Below, piece by piece: positions 12,166 through 27,724 of a stretch of 64,000 nucleotides of DNA; the first letter of the stretch is position 1; every line of letters begins with the position of its first letter. The translations under genes were made by a program, and so were the position numbers. The notes under the pieces are model-generated. The model saw only the letters and a program-made list of their open reading frames with translations. It did not search any database and was not told the origin of the DNA. The stretch lies in the NCBI RefSeq assembly GCF_009914755.1, contig NC_060931.1; one strand, given 5' to 3'. The DNA is from the human T2T-CHM13v2.0 reference genome, Homo sapiens.

Positions 12166-14174
12166 ATATGTTGTCTTCCTTTCTGCCCTTCACTAGAGTC
12201 TGCATGTGTCTCCTGTCTGGGGATTCTGTAACTCCATATGTCTTAGCTTAGAACCTAATTTTCTTCATTTTACTTTTCTCAGAGTATTTACAATGTTGAA
12301 GACAACTAAGATGCAATGTAGTATTTCTCCTTAGGTGCTGCCGTCTAACACATGATATATTTACTCTAGCCTAAAAATGGTTCATGTTCAAAATTTTAGG
12401 TTCTGTAAAACAAATTGGTGCCATAATTTATCAGTATAAGCCTGAAATTTGGAGAAATAAATTTTCTTAAAATGTGAGATGCTTATTTATATACATGGCT
12501 GGAAGAAGGGGCAAGGCTAACAAATCTGGAGGTAATTAATGCAGTGAGAAACTTAAAAAGATATGAGAAAATGGCGATGGATGAGAATGTTTATATTTAC
12601 TGTACAGTGACCATCAGTAATGAAAGAGATTAGTAGATGTCTGTTTTTGTGCTTAACATAATGTTATGTTGGTTTAATTGTCTTCATTAGGGGCTTTTAG
12701 TAAAACAAAGGGTCTTTAAAATTAACACAGTAATTTTTCACTTTAACAGGCTTAACTGGCACTTTATTGATATACAGACAATGTCTAGTGAAGATAACAG
12801 CTATCAATTAAATAGTCCAATTTCTTGAAAACAGTCAGGTAAATCTATTTCTGATTTTTGGAGATTAGGTAGATGAACATGGGTAAGACTATAGTTTCTG
12901 CAGTGTTTTTGGCTTTGGTTCATTTTCAAAAAAATTTTTTTTAAATGGATAAGGGTAGGCTTTAGAGTTGTGGGTTCAAAGAATGGGCTAGACCCTGGGG
13001 TCCATATTATTACGTAGAATTAGTCTTTGTGCAGTGTTTGGTTGCCTTTTCTCCTTTCTATAACTCTCCATGGTATTCTAGACCTAATTCTTTACCTTGA
13101 GGGGGTTGGAAGCTCTCAAGTGTGTAAGCTTAATTTTACAACGATGAATAGTCTTTCCAATGAGAAAAAAATAGAGGGAGATAACCACGTAATGACTATG
13201 GTGATTTGGGGAGGAATATGGAAACTTGGGGAGCTCTGGTAGTTGCCTTTATTAAGAATAGTTGGTAGCAGGAATTTTAGCAACCCAAGCAGGCTAATTA
13301 GAATATATTTCAGTTTTAGAGTAAGGAGGGATTTTGTATCATAAAGGTATAACCTATCATACTTAACTAAGGGTGCTGATTTCCACAGGTGGTAGTATTT
13401 GTGAGTCCCTCTCTCTGGTGTGATCCTTAATTTATTTTGTGTGTTTGTGAGCCTGTTTTCAAAGTGAAGGTCAGTTTTGTCTTCTCTCTAGGTGTTAGGC
13501 GCGATGCAAAAAGAATGAAAGAGATTTTGATAGGGTATGACCAAGCCCTTCTATACAATGGATGTCAGTGTTGATTTTTATACACAAACCACCAGATGGC
13601 AACAGAAAAAGTGTTCATATAGGATATAATCTGTGGTTTCCACAGCCAAGTTTTTTTTTTTTTTCCTTCCATGATTCACCACTTTTTAGTATGCTTAGGT
13701 AACATGTACAATTTCTGGCTAAGAGCAAGGCGAGTTTATAATACCCAGCTATGTGAAATCAAAACCAGGTAATAGAATAGTGGCAGAGTGTCACTAGAAA
13801 AAGATTTTTTTTTTTTTTTTTTTTTACATGAGTGTATAAACTGTTCCCAAAGGGAGCAAGTTTCCAGGGATGCAACTTTGATTTATATTATTGTATAGTC
13901 ATGCTTTTACTTCTGATTTTTTTTATTCAGCATTTATTCAGCTCTTACAGTAAGCTGTAATGATTTGCAGAACATAAAAGAAAACATGGCTGTTACCCTA
14001 AAGCATTTTATGTAACACCTTTAAAAGGAAGAGATACATGAGTTCACAAACATTAAGCATATTTATGTATTTGCCGGCCAAAGGTATTTTTACTCTATGT
14101 AGAATTTGTTTTATTTTTGCCTTGTAGGCATATTCCCTTTTTCTAAGCGTGCTGTCTTGGCTCTTCTAAAATGG

Positions 14175-14530
14175 TTGTCTTAGCTAAAACTCCTGGTTGC
14201 AAGCTAGAAACTCAGTCTGAACTACTTAAGAAAAAAAGGATTTTATTGTAGGAGTCCTGGGGTATCACAGTATAACTAGGAGAATTTCTTTACATTTGGC
14301 AAGTTTAGTATTCACTTCCACCTAGGGAATAACTAGAGCCACATGCTCAAAAGCTCCCGGGTACTGTCCTTTTGGCCATCATCTCTCAGTTTGCTTCTGT
14401 GTCTGTGCTGGCATCATTCTGGATTCACTGGAAATTGCTTTCTTTTTGTGGCTGAAACCCAGCTGTCACCACTCTTTGCATTCCTATTGCTTCAGACCCT
14501 CAAAGATAGACTTAAAGCTTTGGTGCTGAG
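14175..14530. mobile_element. Old MaLR (MLT1-type) LTR remnant
   Basis: GGTTGCAAGCTAGAAACTCAGTCTGAACTACTTAAGAAAAAAAGGATTTTATTG resembles an MLT1J/K terminus. Confidence 0.55.
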
Positions 14531-14544
14531 TCCAAAATCTGTGA

Positions 14545-15030
14545 AATGATCAGATTTGTATTTTAAAGTCATCTTGAGTGGGGGGAATAAACCATTATTT
14601 TTGTTGCAAAATTGAGAATGGGTTGGAAGAAACCAGAATGAATGACTGTAGATGTGTTGGACTGTAACAACAATTGAGGTGAGAGAAAGTAGCAGCTTGG
14701 GCTAGGTGGTGGTGCTGGAGATGGAGAGAGGTAGATGCACTAGAGAGGGATTTAAGAGGCAAAAAATACATGGGATTTGGTCATGGGTTGGGTATGGAAG
14801 GTGAATGAGAAAACATCAAAGGTGACGTCCAGGTTTCTGGCTTGCATGACTAGTTGGCTAGTATAACCATTCACTGAGGTTGGACCACCTCTGGGCAGCA
14901 TGATCATTAGTTTGGTTTTGAATTTATTAATGTGAGGGACCTTTGAGGCATCTAGACAGAGCTGTTAAGTTGTGTGGATAGATGAATTTTGCAACCAGAG
15001 GAGGGTCTGGGCTTTTGGTATAAATATTTG
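14545..15030 (-). mobile_element. L2 fragment
   Basis: Purine-rich antisense L2 motifs (GGAGATGGAGAGAGGTAGATG, CCAGGTTTCTGGCTTG, CCATTCACTGAG). Confidence 0.75.
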
Positions 15031-15034
15031 TGGA

Positions 15035-15295
15035 GACAGTATAGCATACTGTTTAAGAGGATAGGCTTGGCATAAAATAAAACAAAGTTAACCACTTGCT
15101 AGCTTTGCATCCTTGGGTTGGCTACTTAATCTTCATTAATCTTGACTTTTCTTATCCCTGAAGAATTGTGTAATGATTCTGCCTGCTTCCTGTAGTTGTT
15201 GTGAGGGCTGATTGATATGATTGTAGGTAAGGTGTTTTTATCGCATTACCAAGTACATAGCATGCATCCAGTAAGTGTTAGGTGGTGTTATTTAT
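15035..15295 (+). mobile_element. MIR
   Basis: CCACTTGCTAGCTTTGCATCCTTGGG...TAGTTGTTGTGAGG...CAGTAAGTGTTAG. Confidence 0.6.
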
Positions 15296-15399
15296 TCTTT
15301 TGTGTAGAGGAATCCTGCCTTATTTATCTTTTCTTTTCCTGTAATATTAGGGAGTGATGAGTCACGGTAGTAGAGTGGGGAGTATGGACAGATGACATA

Positions 15400-15770
15400 A
15401 CTGGAGAGGTATTATACTAATATTAGCCTGGCTGGGATACAACCTGGATAAATTGCAGGGCGATGGGCCTGGGGGGAGAGTAGAGTGATGGAGATGAGTT
15501 AGGGAATGGTTATGATAATATAGAAATAATATTTGAACTGCAGTAGTATTGGGATGGAAAAAATGGAATGGTCAGTCTTGCTTAGAGAGGTAAATAGATG
15601 AGAACAAAAGGCCATTGGATTTGTTGATTACATGGGTAATGGTGATCTTTTTGAGCTCAATCTCACTGGAGTTCTAGGAGTATAAAGTAGATTGAAGTTC
15701 ATTATGGAATGAATGGGTAGGGAGAAAAGAGTCAACCGGTATGTTCTTGTTCTATTGAAATTCTCAAGGA
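15400..15770 (-). mobile_element. L2 fragment(s)
   Basis: ATGAGAACAAAAGGCCATTGGATTTG...GGTGATCTTTTTGAG typical of antisense L2. Confidence 0.5.
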
Positions 15771-15949
15771 AAGAGAACTATGGAGGCATTTGAAATGCAT
15801 AGTGACAAAAATGATCTTAAAATACCTTGGGAATATTTTTTCCAAATTTGAAATCTATTATTGAGGCTGGGAAAAAAAATTGTCATTTGGCAGAATGGTA
15901 AGTAATTATCACAGTTCTCTGAAGTGATCATTTCTGTTTCATATGTTGC

Positions 15950-17846
<1,897 letters not shown>

Positions 17847-17949
17847 TTAAATTTATATGTAATTGCTTTGCAGTTTGAGAAAAGTGTCAGCAGTTTCCAC
17901 TACAAGTACTCATACTGCAGATTAACGGATTAGCGAGAGTGTAAGCAGT

Positions 17950-18222
17950 AGGGACGGGTTTGGGAGATGTTGGTCAAAGGATACAAAATTTCATTTAGAA
18001 GGAATAAATTCAAGAGATCTGTTGTACAACATGGTGACTATAATTAATGATAACTTGTTTTATTCTTGAGTTGCTAAAAGTAAATTTTAAGTATTCCTAC
18101 CACAAAAAAGTATGTGAAGTAATACATATAATTAGCTCTATTTAGCCATTTCACAATATATATGTGTCAAAACATGTCGTACACAATAAATATATACAAA
18201 TTTTTGTCAAAATTTTAAAAAT
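17950..18222 (+). mobile_element. L1MA-type 3' end
   Basis: GATGTTGGTCAAAGGATACAAAATTTCA...GAATAAATTCAAGAGATCT...ACAACATGGTGACTAT...AATAAATATATACAA. Confidence 0.85.
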
Positions 18223-19539
18223 GTATGTGAGCAGGAGTTAATTCATCTAATGCCTCAGTGAATAAAGTGCTGTGTTAAAGGTATAGTGATCAATAACAGT
18301 TGCTTCCTTCAGAGAGCTTATAGTTTATTAGGGCATACACACCAAAAAATACAGCGCCAATGTGCAGATGACCCTGGAGAGCCCTTTAAGCCATACAGGG
18401 GATTCAGCATCTGGTAGATAAGTGTTAAATAGGACCCTAGCAGGGATACATATAGGCAAGCCATGTTGGAATCTGGGGACTCAGATTGGCACGTGGAAAT
18501 ACAAAGATGAAGGATTCAGGTGGAAAGCTGCTGATCAACAGGAGTGAGGAACCCAACACCTAGATCAGAACAGGATTCTTGCCAAAGGACCAAACATCAA
18601 GACCTTCATATTTAGCCAGTACATTCCAAGTGACCTTTACATTCTGAATTAGGGTCTTATTGTCATAGCTGTAGGAAATGTGGACTTGGATCTTGGCCAG
18701 CAGAGAGTTAGATTAAATGTGCAGGGTGAAGCACTGTTCAGAGCTGAGATAAAGCATACACAAAGAGGCAAGTGGTTGAGATGGAGCAGCTCAGTGGATG
18801 AGAGTTAGTTACAGATGAGATTGTAGCCATTTGCATTTTTGTGGCAACTTGATATGATTGGTTGATGCTCATCAATTCCTGAATTTTGAAAATTACTTAT
18901 ATCTGTATCATGGAATGTTATAGTTGGAAAGACAGAGGCCATCTGCATCTCTAACTTTGCTGTCTTCTGTGGAATGAAAAGCATGAAATATAAGTTGTGT
19001 TATGCTTTTATATAGATGAATACTTCATAGCAATTAAAATATTATAATCTAGTGTTTTATTAGATGTAGAGATGCCTTAAGAGGTTTTATTTTAAACCCA
19101 CAATTGCTTTACTTCAAAAATTGCTCTTTCTTGGGTGAATAACGTGAATTTCATCATACATCCTATTGGCAACAAAAACTTTTTTTTTTTTAAAACTAAA
19201 CCTCATTTGGCCTGTGAATTGTCCCAAATCAGCCAGTGAGGAAACATTGGGAGTCCTAACCCACTCTGACTTTTTCCTTACTTTAGGGAGCAAGCTGGGT
19301 TGGCTAGAGTCCTCCATCCCTATCTGTGTTCGTCAACAGCAGGTGACCTTCACAAATGATGAGGACCTGAATGCTTCTGGTGGCTTTCACAGTGGCTGAT
19401 GTGGCACATGAGAAGACTACAATGTTAGTATTAAAAAGGATGTTTAGAAGTAGCTCTAATTGACATGGAAGGATTTCTGAATATATTAGGTGAAAAATGA
19501 GGTTAGAGTTCTTTGTAGAGTGTACTAGCTTGTTTTTAC

Positions 19540-19715
19540 GGAGTGCTTTTCTTGGCATCAGGCATTGTGCTAAGGCCTTCAAGTTATACAGTATCATACA
19601 TCCTTACAACCCTATTTTATAGTTGAGGAAATTGAGGTCCAGAGAAGTTAAGGTCACTCACTTCATAAGTGGTGGAACTGATCTTTGCACCCCTGTCTCT
19701 GGAGCCCCTGTTCCT
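19540..19715 (-). mobile_element. MIR
   Basis: CAGGCATTGTGCTAAG...CCTATTTTATAGTTGAGGAAATTGAGG...AAGGTCAC. Confidence 0.75.
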
Positions 19716-20468
19716 AGTCCTCTCCACATGAACAGCCCTTCCTGGGAGTCTCCAAGTACCAGCTTTCTCTGACATAGGGTCACGCATGCACATGCAAGTA
19801 GAAAAGGGTGTGGAAGTCGCATATTATAAAACAGGTAAGAAATTACTGTTTTATAATATGATGCAGTGAGTATGATTAAGAAATAGACCAGCCTACTTAA
19901 TGTGCTTATCTCTGTTATAGGGATTTCTCTTTTTTTCCTGAATGTTCTAAGTTTTCAAACATTCAGCATTTATAACTTTTTAAAAATTATGAAAGCAATT
20001 AGAATTATTTACCATAATGTATTATTACTGGATTTTAGGAAGAATATGGTACTAAAGTTGTTTAGTGGTTCAGACTGAGAGTGCATTAATGGGAACCTGG
20101 GATTTTGTTTGTTTGTTTCCTATTTGAGGGAACTTGAATTATTGTTTTGGGCCTTATTTTGTTCATCTGTTGGAAAAAAGCATGCCATATTTTAAGTTAC
20201 AGGCTCATTATAAGAATAAAAAACTCCTTTGAAAGATGGATTGATAAACACATTTGTACCATCGATTTCTGGTTAGTGCTGTTTAATCTTTATGATTCTA
20301 GTGTCAAATTCTCCCCACAACTCTAATATAGAGTCAATTCATACATTCAAGTTAATGGTAGATGGTAGATAGTATGCATAAAAAATTTGAGGCATGAAGT
20401 TGTAAATGAAAATTAGGACTAAATTTAAATTTAAATATACATAAATTTTGTATTTAAAACTTTCAGTA

Positions 20469-20810
20469 CAGCCATGTACCCTATAATGACATTTTGGTAA
20501 GTGACAGACTGCATATATAAGGGTCCTGAAAGATTATAATTCTGTATGTTTATGGTACCTTGTCTCAGTTCAGATTTGTTTAGACACATAAATACTTGTG
20601 GTATAGTTGGCTCCTGTGTTCAGTACAGTAACATGCTGCACAGGTTTGTAGCCTGGGAGCAATAGGCTATATATCATATAACCTAGGTGTGTAGGAGGCC
20701 ATAACATCTAGGTTTGTATAAGTGATGTCTGTGATGTTCGCACAATGACAGAATTGCCTAATAGTGCATTTCTTAGAGCTTATCCCCATCATTAAGTGAT
20801 GCATGACCTG
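20469..20810. mobile_element. Tigger3a (MER7/Golem-type) TcMar MITE
   Basis: Ends CAGCCATG...CATGACCTG with TA on both sides; internal CAGTACAGTAACATGCTGCACAGGTTTGTAGCCTGGGAGCAATAGGCTATA. Confidence 0.85.
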
Positions 20811-21148
20811 TATATTCAATATAATATAAATGTAAATTGGAGCATTATGTATGTATGCTGTAGTGTAGTAGGCAACAATTGGGTAGTGCTTGGATCACAG
20901 AAATGTGCCACTTTCTGAGAATGCCCTAGTACATGTACACAGCAGGGGCCTCACTGGCCATTTTTCTGCCATGTCATCTCTTGGCCCTTTTTTATGGAGC
21001 TCTACAAATCACTGCAGCGTGGAACTGGTTCTTGCCCATCCCGAGGTTTGGATGTTCAGTTTCTCCTGAAGTCTACAGTATTTGTTTTCAATTGTATCCC
21101 CCTTTTTTACTTAAACTAGACAGAATTGCTGTTTTTGGGCAAACACTA

Positions 21149-21514
<366 letters not shown>

Positions 21515-22529
21515 CTAGCAATTTCGAATCCTATTTTACATAAAAGATTATAGTAATTTTTAAAGTAAGGTTTTTAAGGCAAGCAAAGGAACATGTATTG
21601 ATTTCTGAGTATATTGCACATTTAATTACAACAAATGAAACTGGTCATCTTGTGTTTTTATTTTTGTTTTCATCTATCTGCTTTCCAGACTAATTGGGGA
21701 GCAAGAATTCCTTTTCCTTTCCCTGTTTCCTTTAGATGATTCTGCCCCTTCATCTTCGCTCCTCATTTCTGTAGCTTGACTTTGTTCTGTAGCTGTGTGC
21801 TGTTCCCTGGGTGCCTGCCAGGAGGGGGCTTGCTTCTGCCTATTCCTCTCTCCCATTCATTGACTATCTTTAAGTGGCGTTTTTTCCTTCCCTACCTGTA
21901 TTAAGATTTTCTACTTGCAGACTCTTCTCCCATGTTCACAGGAGCTGGTTTTTCCTTGTTGTGCATGGAAGCACCTTTGGTTCATGTTGAGGATATGAGC
22001 ATTGTTGACAGGCACTGTTAACAGGTGAAAACATCTCAAAAGGATGCTTGATTAAAATAAGTATTTTGTTGTTCATAAGCCTCTTTATTTGGCTTTGGTA
22101 AACTAGGAGCCTAAGGTAACCTTTCATTCCAGTTTTTTAAGTTTTTGTGGTTATATTATGCAGTTTTTATTATGCAGTGCTTATTTCTTATGACAAAATA
22201 TGAGTAGGTTAAATTCATACCATATCAAAATGTAGTAGTGAAAGTCTCTACTTTTCTGATCCTCAGCCCCCTAGTTCCCCCTGCTTGAGGCTATCACTGT
22301 TTCCAGTTTCATGAGTATTTGTTCGCTGATATTTTATGCATATACAACTATATATGTCTTTCCTTGCAACCCTTTGACATTATACAGATGGTAGCATACT
22401 CTTAGCTTGGAGGCTAGTCCCAGCGCATTTTTCGCCTATATTGTGTCTTAGAGATCATTTCATATTAGCACACATGGGTATACCTTGTTACAAACATGCA
22501 CACACAGAAAATAAGCTTTAAAGCCATCT

Positions 22530-22770
22530 GCTGTAGTGCATTGGCATTATAACATAGTGTCATGAGTCGTAGAGCTGGATTCAAATCCTGACCCTGCCAT
22601 TTAAGAGCTTGTGACCTTGGGCAAGTTGAATCACTTGTCTGTGTTTCAGGTGCTCATTTGTAAAGCAGAGTTAATCTCTCTCTCACAAGGTTTTTGTAAG
22701 GATTAGAGGAGATAATGTATGTAAAGTATTTAGCACAGTGTCTTGCTTAATAAATCATAGCTATTATTGT
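22530..22770 (+). mobile_element. MIR, near full length
   Basis: TTCAAATCCTGACCCTGCCATTT...GTGACCTTGGGCAAGTT...TGTAAAGTATTTAGCACAGTG...AATAAATCATAGCTATTATT. Confidence 0.85.
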
Positions 22771-24153
22771 ACTCATTAATTTATCAGATCAAATGAACCC
22801 CTAATGTGTTTCTCCTTCTCAACTGAAATACACAGAAGGCATTACTTATTACTTGTTTCGTGACCTTTTGTCTTACCTTGGTTGTCCTTTTCTTCCAATT
22901 CCATAGTTTATCTTCTCTCCCACTTACCTCCTGAACTTATCCCCAACAAATGTTACATATTTCTTTTACTTTTTGAGTTTTCTTGGCCTGTTGATGAATA
23001 TATTGACCTAGCATAGCCCTTGCCATTGCATTAGGTACCATCATTGTTGGTTTTAGTACTAGAAAAACTCAACAAAGAAGGAATATTTTCTTGGTGATGC
23101 TCCAGAGTGAATTTAATATTGACAATCAAATTTATTCAAGTCACTAGACAGGATGATTCCTTTTGTGATTGGGATTTCAGCTGGGATAGAACTGAGATTT
23201 GGATACAGATGGTACCTGGCAGACAGGAATAAATGTGGGGCTGAAATGCCACAGAAGCAGTTAGCAGTGTGGGCCTATCTGGGGGTGGCCTGAGGAAGGA
23301 CATTCATGAGGGGGGAGTAGGTGGGGATGGGAAGGACAAAAAACCGCATTGTTAAATTAATTGGCATGACAACTCCGGCAGTGGGGCCTCACGGAGAATG
23401 AATGATATGCAGGGTGTGGTGTATGTATGTGTGGAAAATAGAAAAATGTGGTGTGTAGAAACTGGAAGAACTGTCTCCCTGGGTTATTTTAACGTTCTGC
23501 TTCAGAGTACAAGCAGTTTAGCTGTGGGAAGCCCCCACCCTTTTCCACAGGAGAGGGATGGCTCTCATTTGACACAAGCTGTCATGCTTGTAGGAGTCAG
23601 GATTGTTGCACCCAGAAATGCTTGTGGAGGGTCTTGTAAGGGGTTGAGTGCCTGTAAGAGCATCTGGGGGCTTAGACCGGTGGCCCTCAAGGTATTAATT
23701 CCTTATCAGTGTGTTCCCATCTACACCCATGGCTGGTGTGGCCTAACCAAGCTGGCTTACCTTTTAGAAGTTTCTTTTTATTATCTCCTCAAGAGTACAT
23801 GCTCTGGCTTCTTGGCCTGGCAGGCTTTCATTACTTACATGATACATATATGTACTCTTTGATAATCTTATGTTTTTGTCCCTTGTAAGTTTCTGCAATT
23901 GTATACTGCATTGATGAAGGAGGGTCTGCTCTCCTCTCCCAGGGTGTCTAGTGATGGCCTGCATGTCTCTGGTCTGTTTATTGCCAACTCAAGTACCTTT
24001 TTTGCCATTCCATCGTGAAAGAAATCAAAATATAGCATTTTGAAATACATTTGAAATGTTCTGTTTAAGGATTTCACTTTAGTTATACTGTTTCTACTTT
24101 ATATTACAAATCTGGTTTCCTCTTCCATTTGCCTAAATCTAACCCATTCTTAG

Positions 24154-24155
<2 letters not shown>

Positions 24156-24196
<41 letters not shown>
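24156..24196. repeat. Poly(T)41 homopolymer
   Basis: Counted directly; no adjacent Alu or L1 body recognised. Confidence 0.9.
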
Positions 24197-24198
<2 letters not shown>

Positions 24199-25971
24199 AT
24201 TTGCTTTTCTGAAAATTTGAGCATTGAAAGGGAGGGCAGCTTGATCATGGACCAGGGCTTTCTGAGAATGCGAAAAAATGAATTTCACCTTGCCAAATAG
24301 AATTGCCTGGATGTGGTGGAGGGATATGATGAGGCAGAATCACAATTCTTCTACACTTTTGAAATTGTTCTCCCCAATTTATTCCCCCTTTCCTCATTCT
24401 CTTCTGATGTATGGGTTTAGGAAGCTCCGGATGACTGTTTCACACACGCACTCCCCTCTCATTCTCTCCTGCCCGTCCTTCCCACCGCACACATGCGCTG
24501 AAGGAGGTGAGCATTCTGGAGACCTGAGTCTCATTTCCAGATATCTTTGCCATCATTTGCAGTTACAGCTTTTTTTTTCTATTTTTTTTCCCCCTATCTC
24601 TTGTAAGTTCTCATATTATACATACTTTGAACTGTGGAGATAGCCACAAGTAAAATAAAAGTATATGTTTTTATATTCTATGGAGTAAGAACTCATGTTA
24701 CTATAGTAACATGCTGCTCTGTAGCAGTCAGAATTGTGTATTTCAGTGTCAGAGTTCCCTGTTAAAAAATTAGCCTTAATATTGATTTCCTCCTGCTCCC
24801 ACCTTGGTTGGTATATGAAAACCCTAAAGATGAAGCATTTTTAACTAATTTTTGTTCTTTACACATAATCAGAAATCAAACTAAATCCATCTGTGATGTT
24901 AGCTTATGGTCTTTCTAGATTTTAGCCAAAGATCTTGTATATTTTAAGCAGTTGCCCTGTTTTAATATTAATCATGGCCATCCCAGAATAAGTCCTGCTT
25001 GACACAGGGCATTTGTTCAACTAGTTATCTTTGTTAAAAAAGAAAATACCATAAGACCAGTCATATTTTGCTGCATCTAGAGTGAGACCAAACTTTATAA
25101 TATAGTGATAAGCTTGACCAAAAAAATGTTTAACAATTTTGGTATGTTTCAGGAATTGGAGAAATTAGTATGTTGGTACTGTAAGGAAAAATGTGGGTTA
25201 AAAAAAATCCAGCTAGGACTCAGCAGTCTTAATTTAAACCTTGTGCTTGACAAAAATTGAATGTTGCCTGTATACTCCAGACACAATCGTGAAGCTCAGT
25301 TTCTGTATTTTTCTTCTGAAATTTAACTTCTGCTAATATAACATAGGATATGTGGATGTCTTGCAATCCTAAAATTTTAAGATATTTCAGGGCTTATCAA
25401 CTGAAGGCTCTTGAAATGAAAACTACTACATGTATTCATCATACGTGAAATAAAATCTTTTTGAAACTAAAAATCCTTTAAAAAATTCACAAGCAAGATG
25501 ATACTATAGAATTTCTTTTGACAGATTTCTTAGAAACGTCAAAATCAAAGTGAAAACAAGTTGGAAAATCCTCTTTGATTTTGCTGGGTCACTTAATTTG
25601 AGTTGATTTCTTCAGAGCACATAACGTTTCTTAAAGTACAGTACTAATGACAGAGTCCCAGGTGGCCAGCCTTGTGAGCTGCGAACTTTGGCCTGTTGTA
25701 CTACCTCTGGCTCTAGAGACTCAGCCTAGGAATGTGAATTGGTGAGAATATGTCAGAACCTGGCTTCCTATTGTAGGAACTCAGTGCACTTACTTGGTTG
25801 ATACTGAGTCGCTATAAAAATCATTGACATGAATGACAAGTTGTGTTTTTTTCCCCAACAGTTAAAGACATTTTACATACAGTATGTGAAGTTACTTTCC
25901 AAAGAAACATTCTTCATGTTTTCGCAAGTTTTTTTTTAAACCTAATATTTAATGCAATGAATGTGGGTTGG

Positions 25972-26165
25972 TTTCTCTTCTTCCTTCTTCCTTCTCCTCC
26001 TCCTCCTCCCCCTCCCTCTCCCTCCCATCCCCTCCCCCCTCCTTCCCCTCCCTCCCTCCCTCCCTTCCTTCCTTCCTTCTCCTTCCTTCCTTCCTTCCTT
26101 CCTTCCTTCCTTCCTTCCTTCCTTCCTTCCTCCTTTTCTCTCTCTCTCTCTCTCTTTCTCTCTTT
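25972..26165 (+). repeat. Pyrimidine compound microsatellite (CCT)n/(CCTT)n/(CT)n
   Basis: ~190 nt almost exclusively C/T. Confidence 0.95.
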
Positions 26166-26309
26166 GTTTCCATTGTAAACATATTTGCAGGATTCAGAGG
26201 TGAAACTGTAGCGGAATGTATACACAGAAGCTCTGCTTATACCTTTGTTCCCCCAGCCTGTTTGCCCTCTCCCTCTACAGGTCATCATCTTTATTAGCTT
26301 CTTTCTAAA

Positions 26310-26950
26310 GTTTTTTTTTTTTTTTCACTTAGGTGCCACACAGCATCGAGTGAACTATTTTAAAGTGAACAGTTGAGTAGTGTTGAATACATCCAGAGTG
26401 CTGTGTGATCACCACCTCTAGTTCCGGGACAGTTTCATCCCCCACCAAAGGAAGTCCCATACGTATTAAGCAGCCCCTAATGACCATCCACCCGTGTTCT
26501 GCTTCTATGGATTTATCTATTCTGAATATTTTATATACAGGAATAAGACTTTGTGTCTGGCTGCTTTTGCCTGGTGTGATGTTTGAGGTTCATCTGGGTT
26601 GTGTTTTGTCATTACATCATATCTTTTTATGACTGAATAATATTCCATTGTATGTATGTGCCACAGTTTGTTTGTCCATTCATCTGTTAATGGATATCTG
26701 TGTTGTTTCCACCTTTTGGCTATTGTGAATAGTGTTGCTGTGAACATGTATGTGTGTTTGAACACCTGTTTTCTCTTCTTTTTGGTATATGCCTAGAAGT
26801 TGCATTACTGGGTCATATGGCAATCCTGTGTTTCACTTTTCAAGGAACCACCAAACTCTCTCCCACAGTGGAAATGGAACAATTTCCACCAACAATGTAG
26901 AAGAATTCCAGTTGGTCAGATTGTTGCCTACACTTACTTTCCTTTTTTAA
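26310..26950 (-). mobile_element. L1MB-type 3' end
   Basis: TTTTAAAGTGAACAGTTGAGT..., TTTTATGACTGAATAATATTCCATTGTATG, TTTCCACCTTTTGGCTATTGTGAATAGTG. Confidence 0.85.
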
Positions 26951-27127
26951 AAAAAATTCAGTGGCATTCAGGGATCTTCATAATCTGAGCTTTGTTTTCC
27001 TTTGCAGTGTAATCTCTTCCTGGTTTCACATGCCACTTTCAGAATACTGGATTATGGTAATTGCACTCTTTTGCTCCCTTCTCTTCACCTAATGTGTTGT
27101 CCCCACCTGCCCTTTTCCCCCACCCAT

Positions 27128-27403
<276 letters not shown>

Positions 27404-27544
27404 AGGTTTTGCCCTTTTGTTTGCAGGTCCCTTTAACTGTGATGCTGTCTCCTAGCCCCCTTCCCCCACTCGACCGAGGGCCAGGCAAATTCCAACTCAT
27501 TTGCTGAGTTTCAGTCTTCACCAAGTCTGTGAACTTCAAAAGAC

Positions 27545-27628
27545 GTTATTCATTGTTACATTCCCTGCATCCGGCACAGTACCTGATATCTGATGGGAAC
27601 CCAATACATGTTTGAGTGAATGAATATG
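27545..27628 (+). mobile_element. L2 3' end
   Basis: GCACAGTACCTG...CAATACATGTTTGAGTGAATGAAT. Confidence 0.65.
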
Positions 27629-27724
27629 TTGTATAATTCTTTTTTCTTTATCACGATTGCTGCTGGTGCCGATTGAATTTCCAGAGCTTGCTGTAAAAGA
27701 TAGGAAGAAAATATGTGGTAACAT

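Noticed and set aside
23398-23862. 154-aa ORF in intron 1
   Set aside because: No recognisable homology, domain or exon-like boundaries; length is compatible with chance.
25843-26297. Several 77-124 aa ORFs
   Set aside because: Translations of the CCTT/CT microsatellite.
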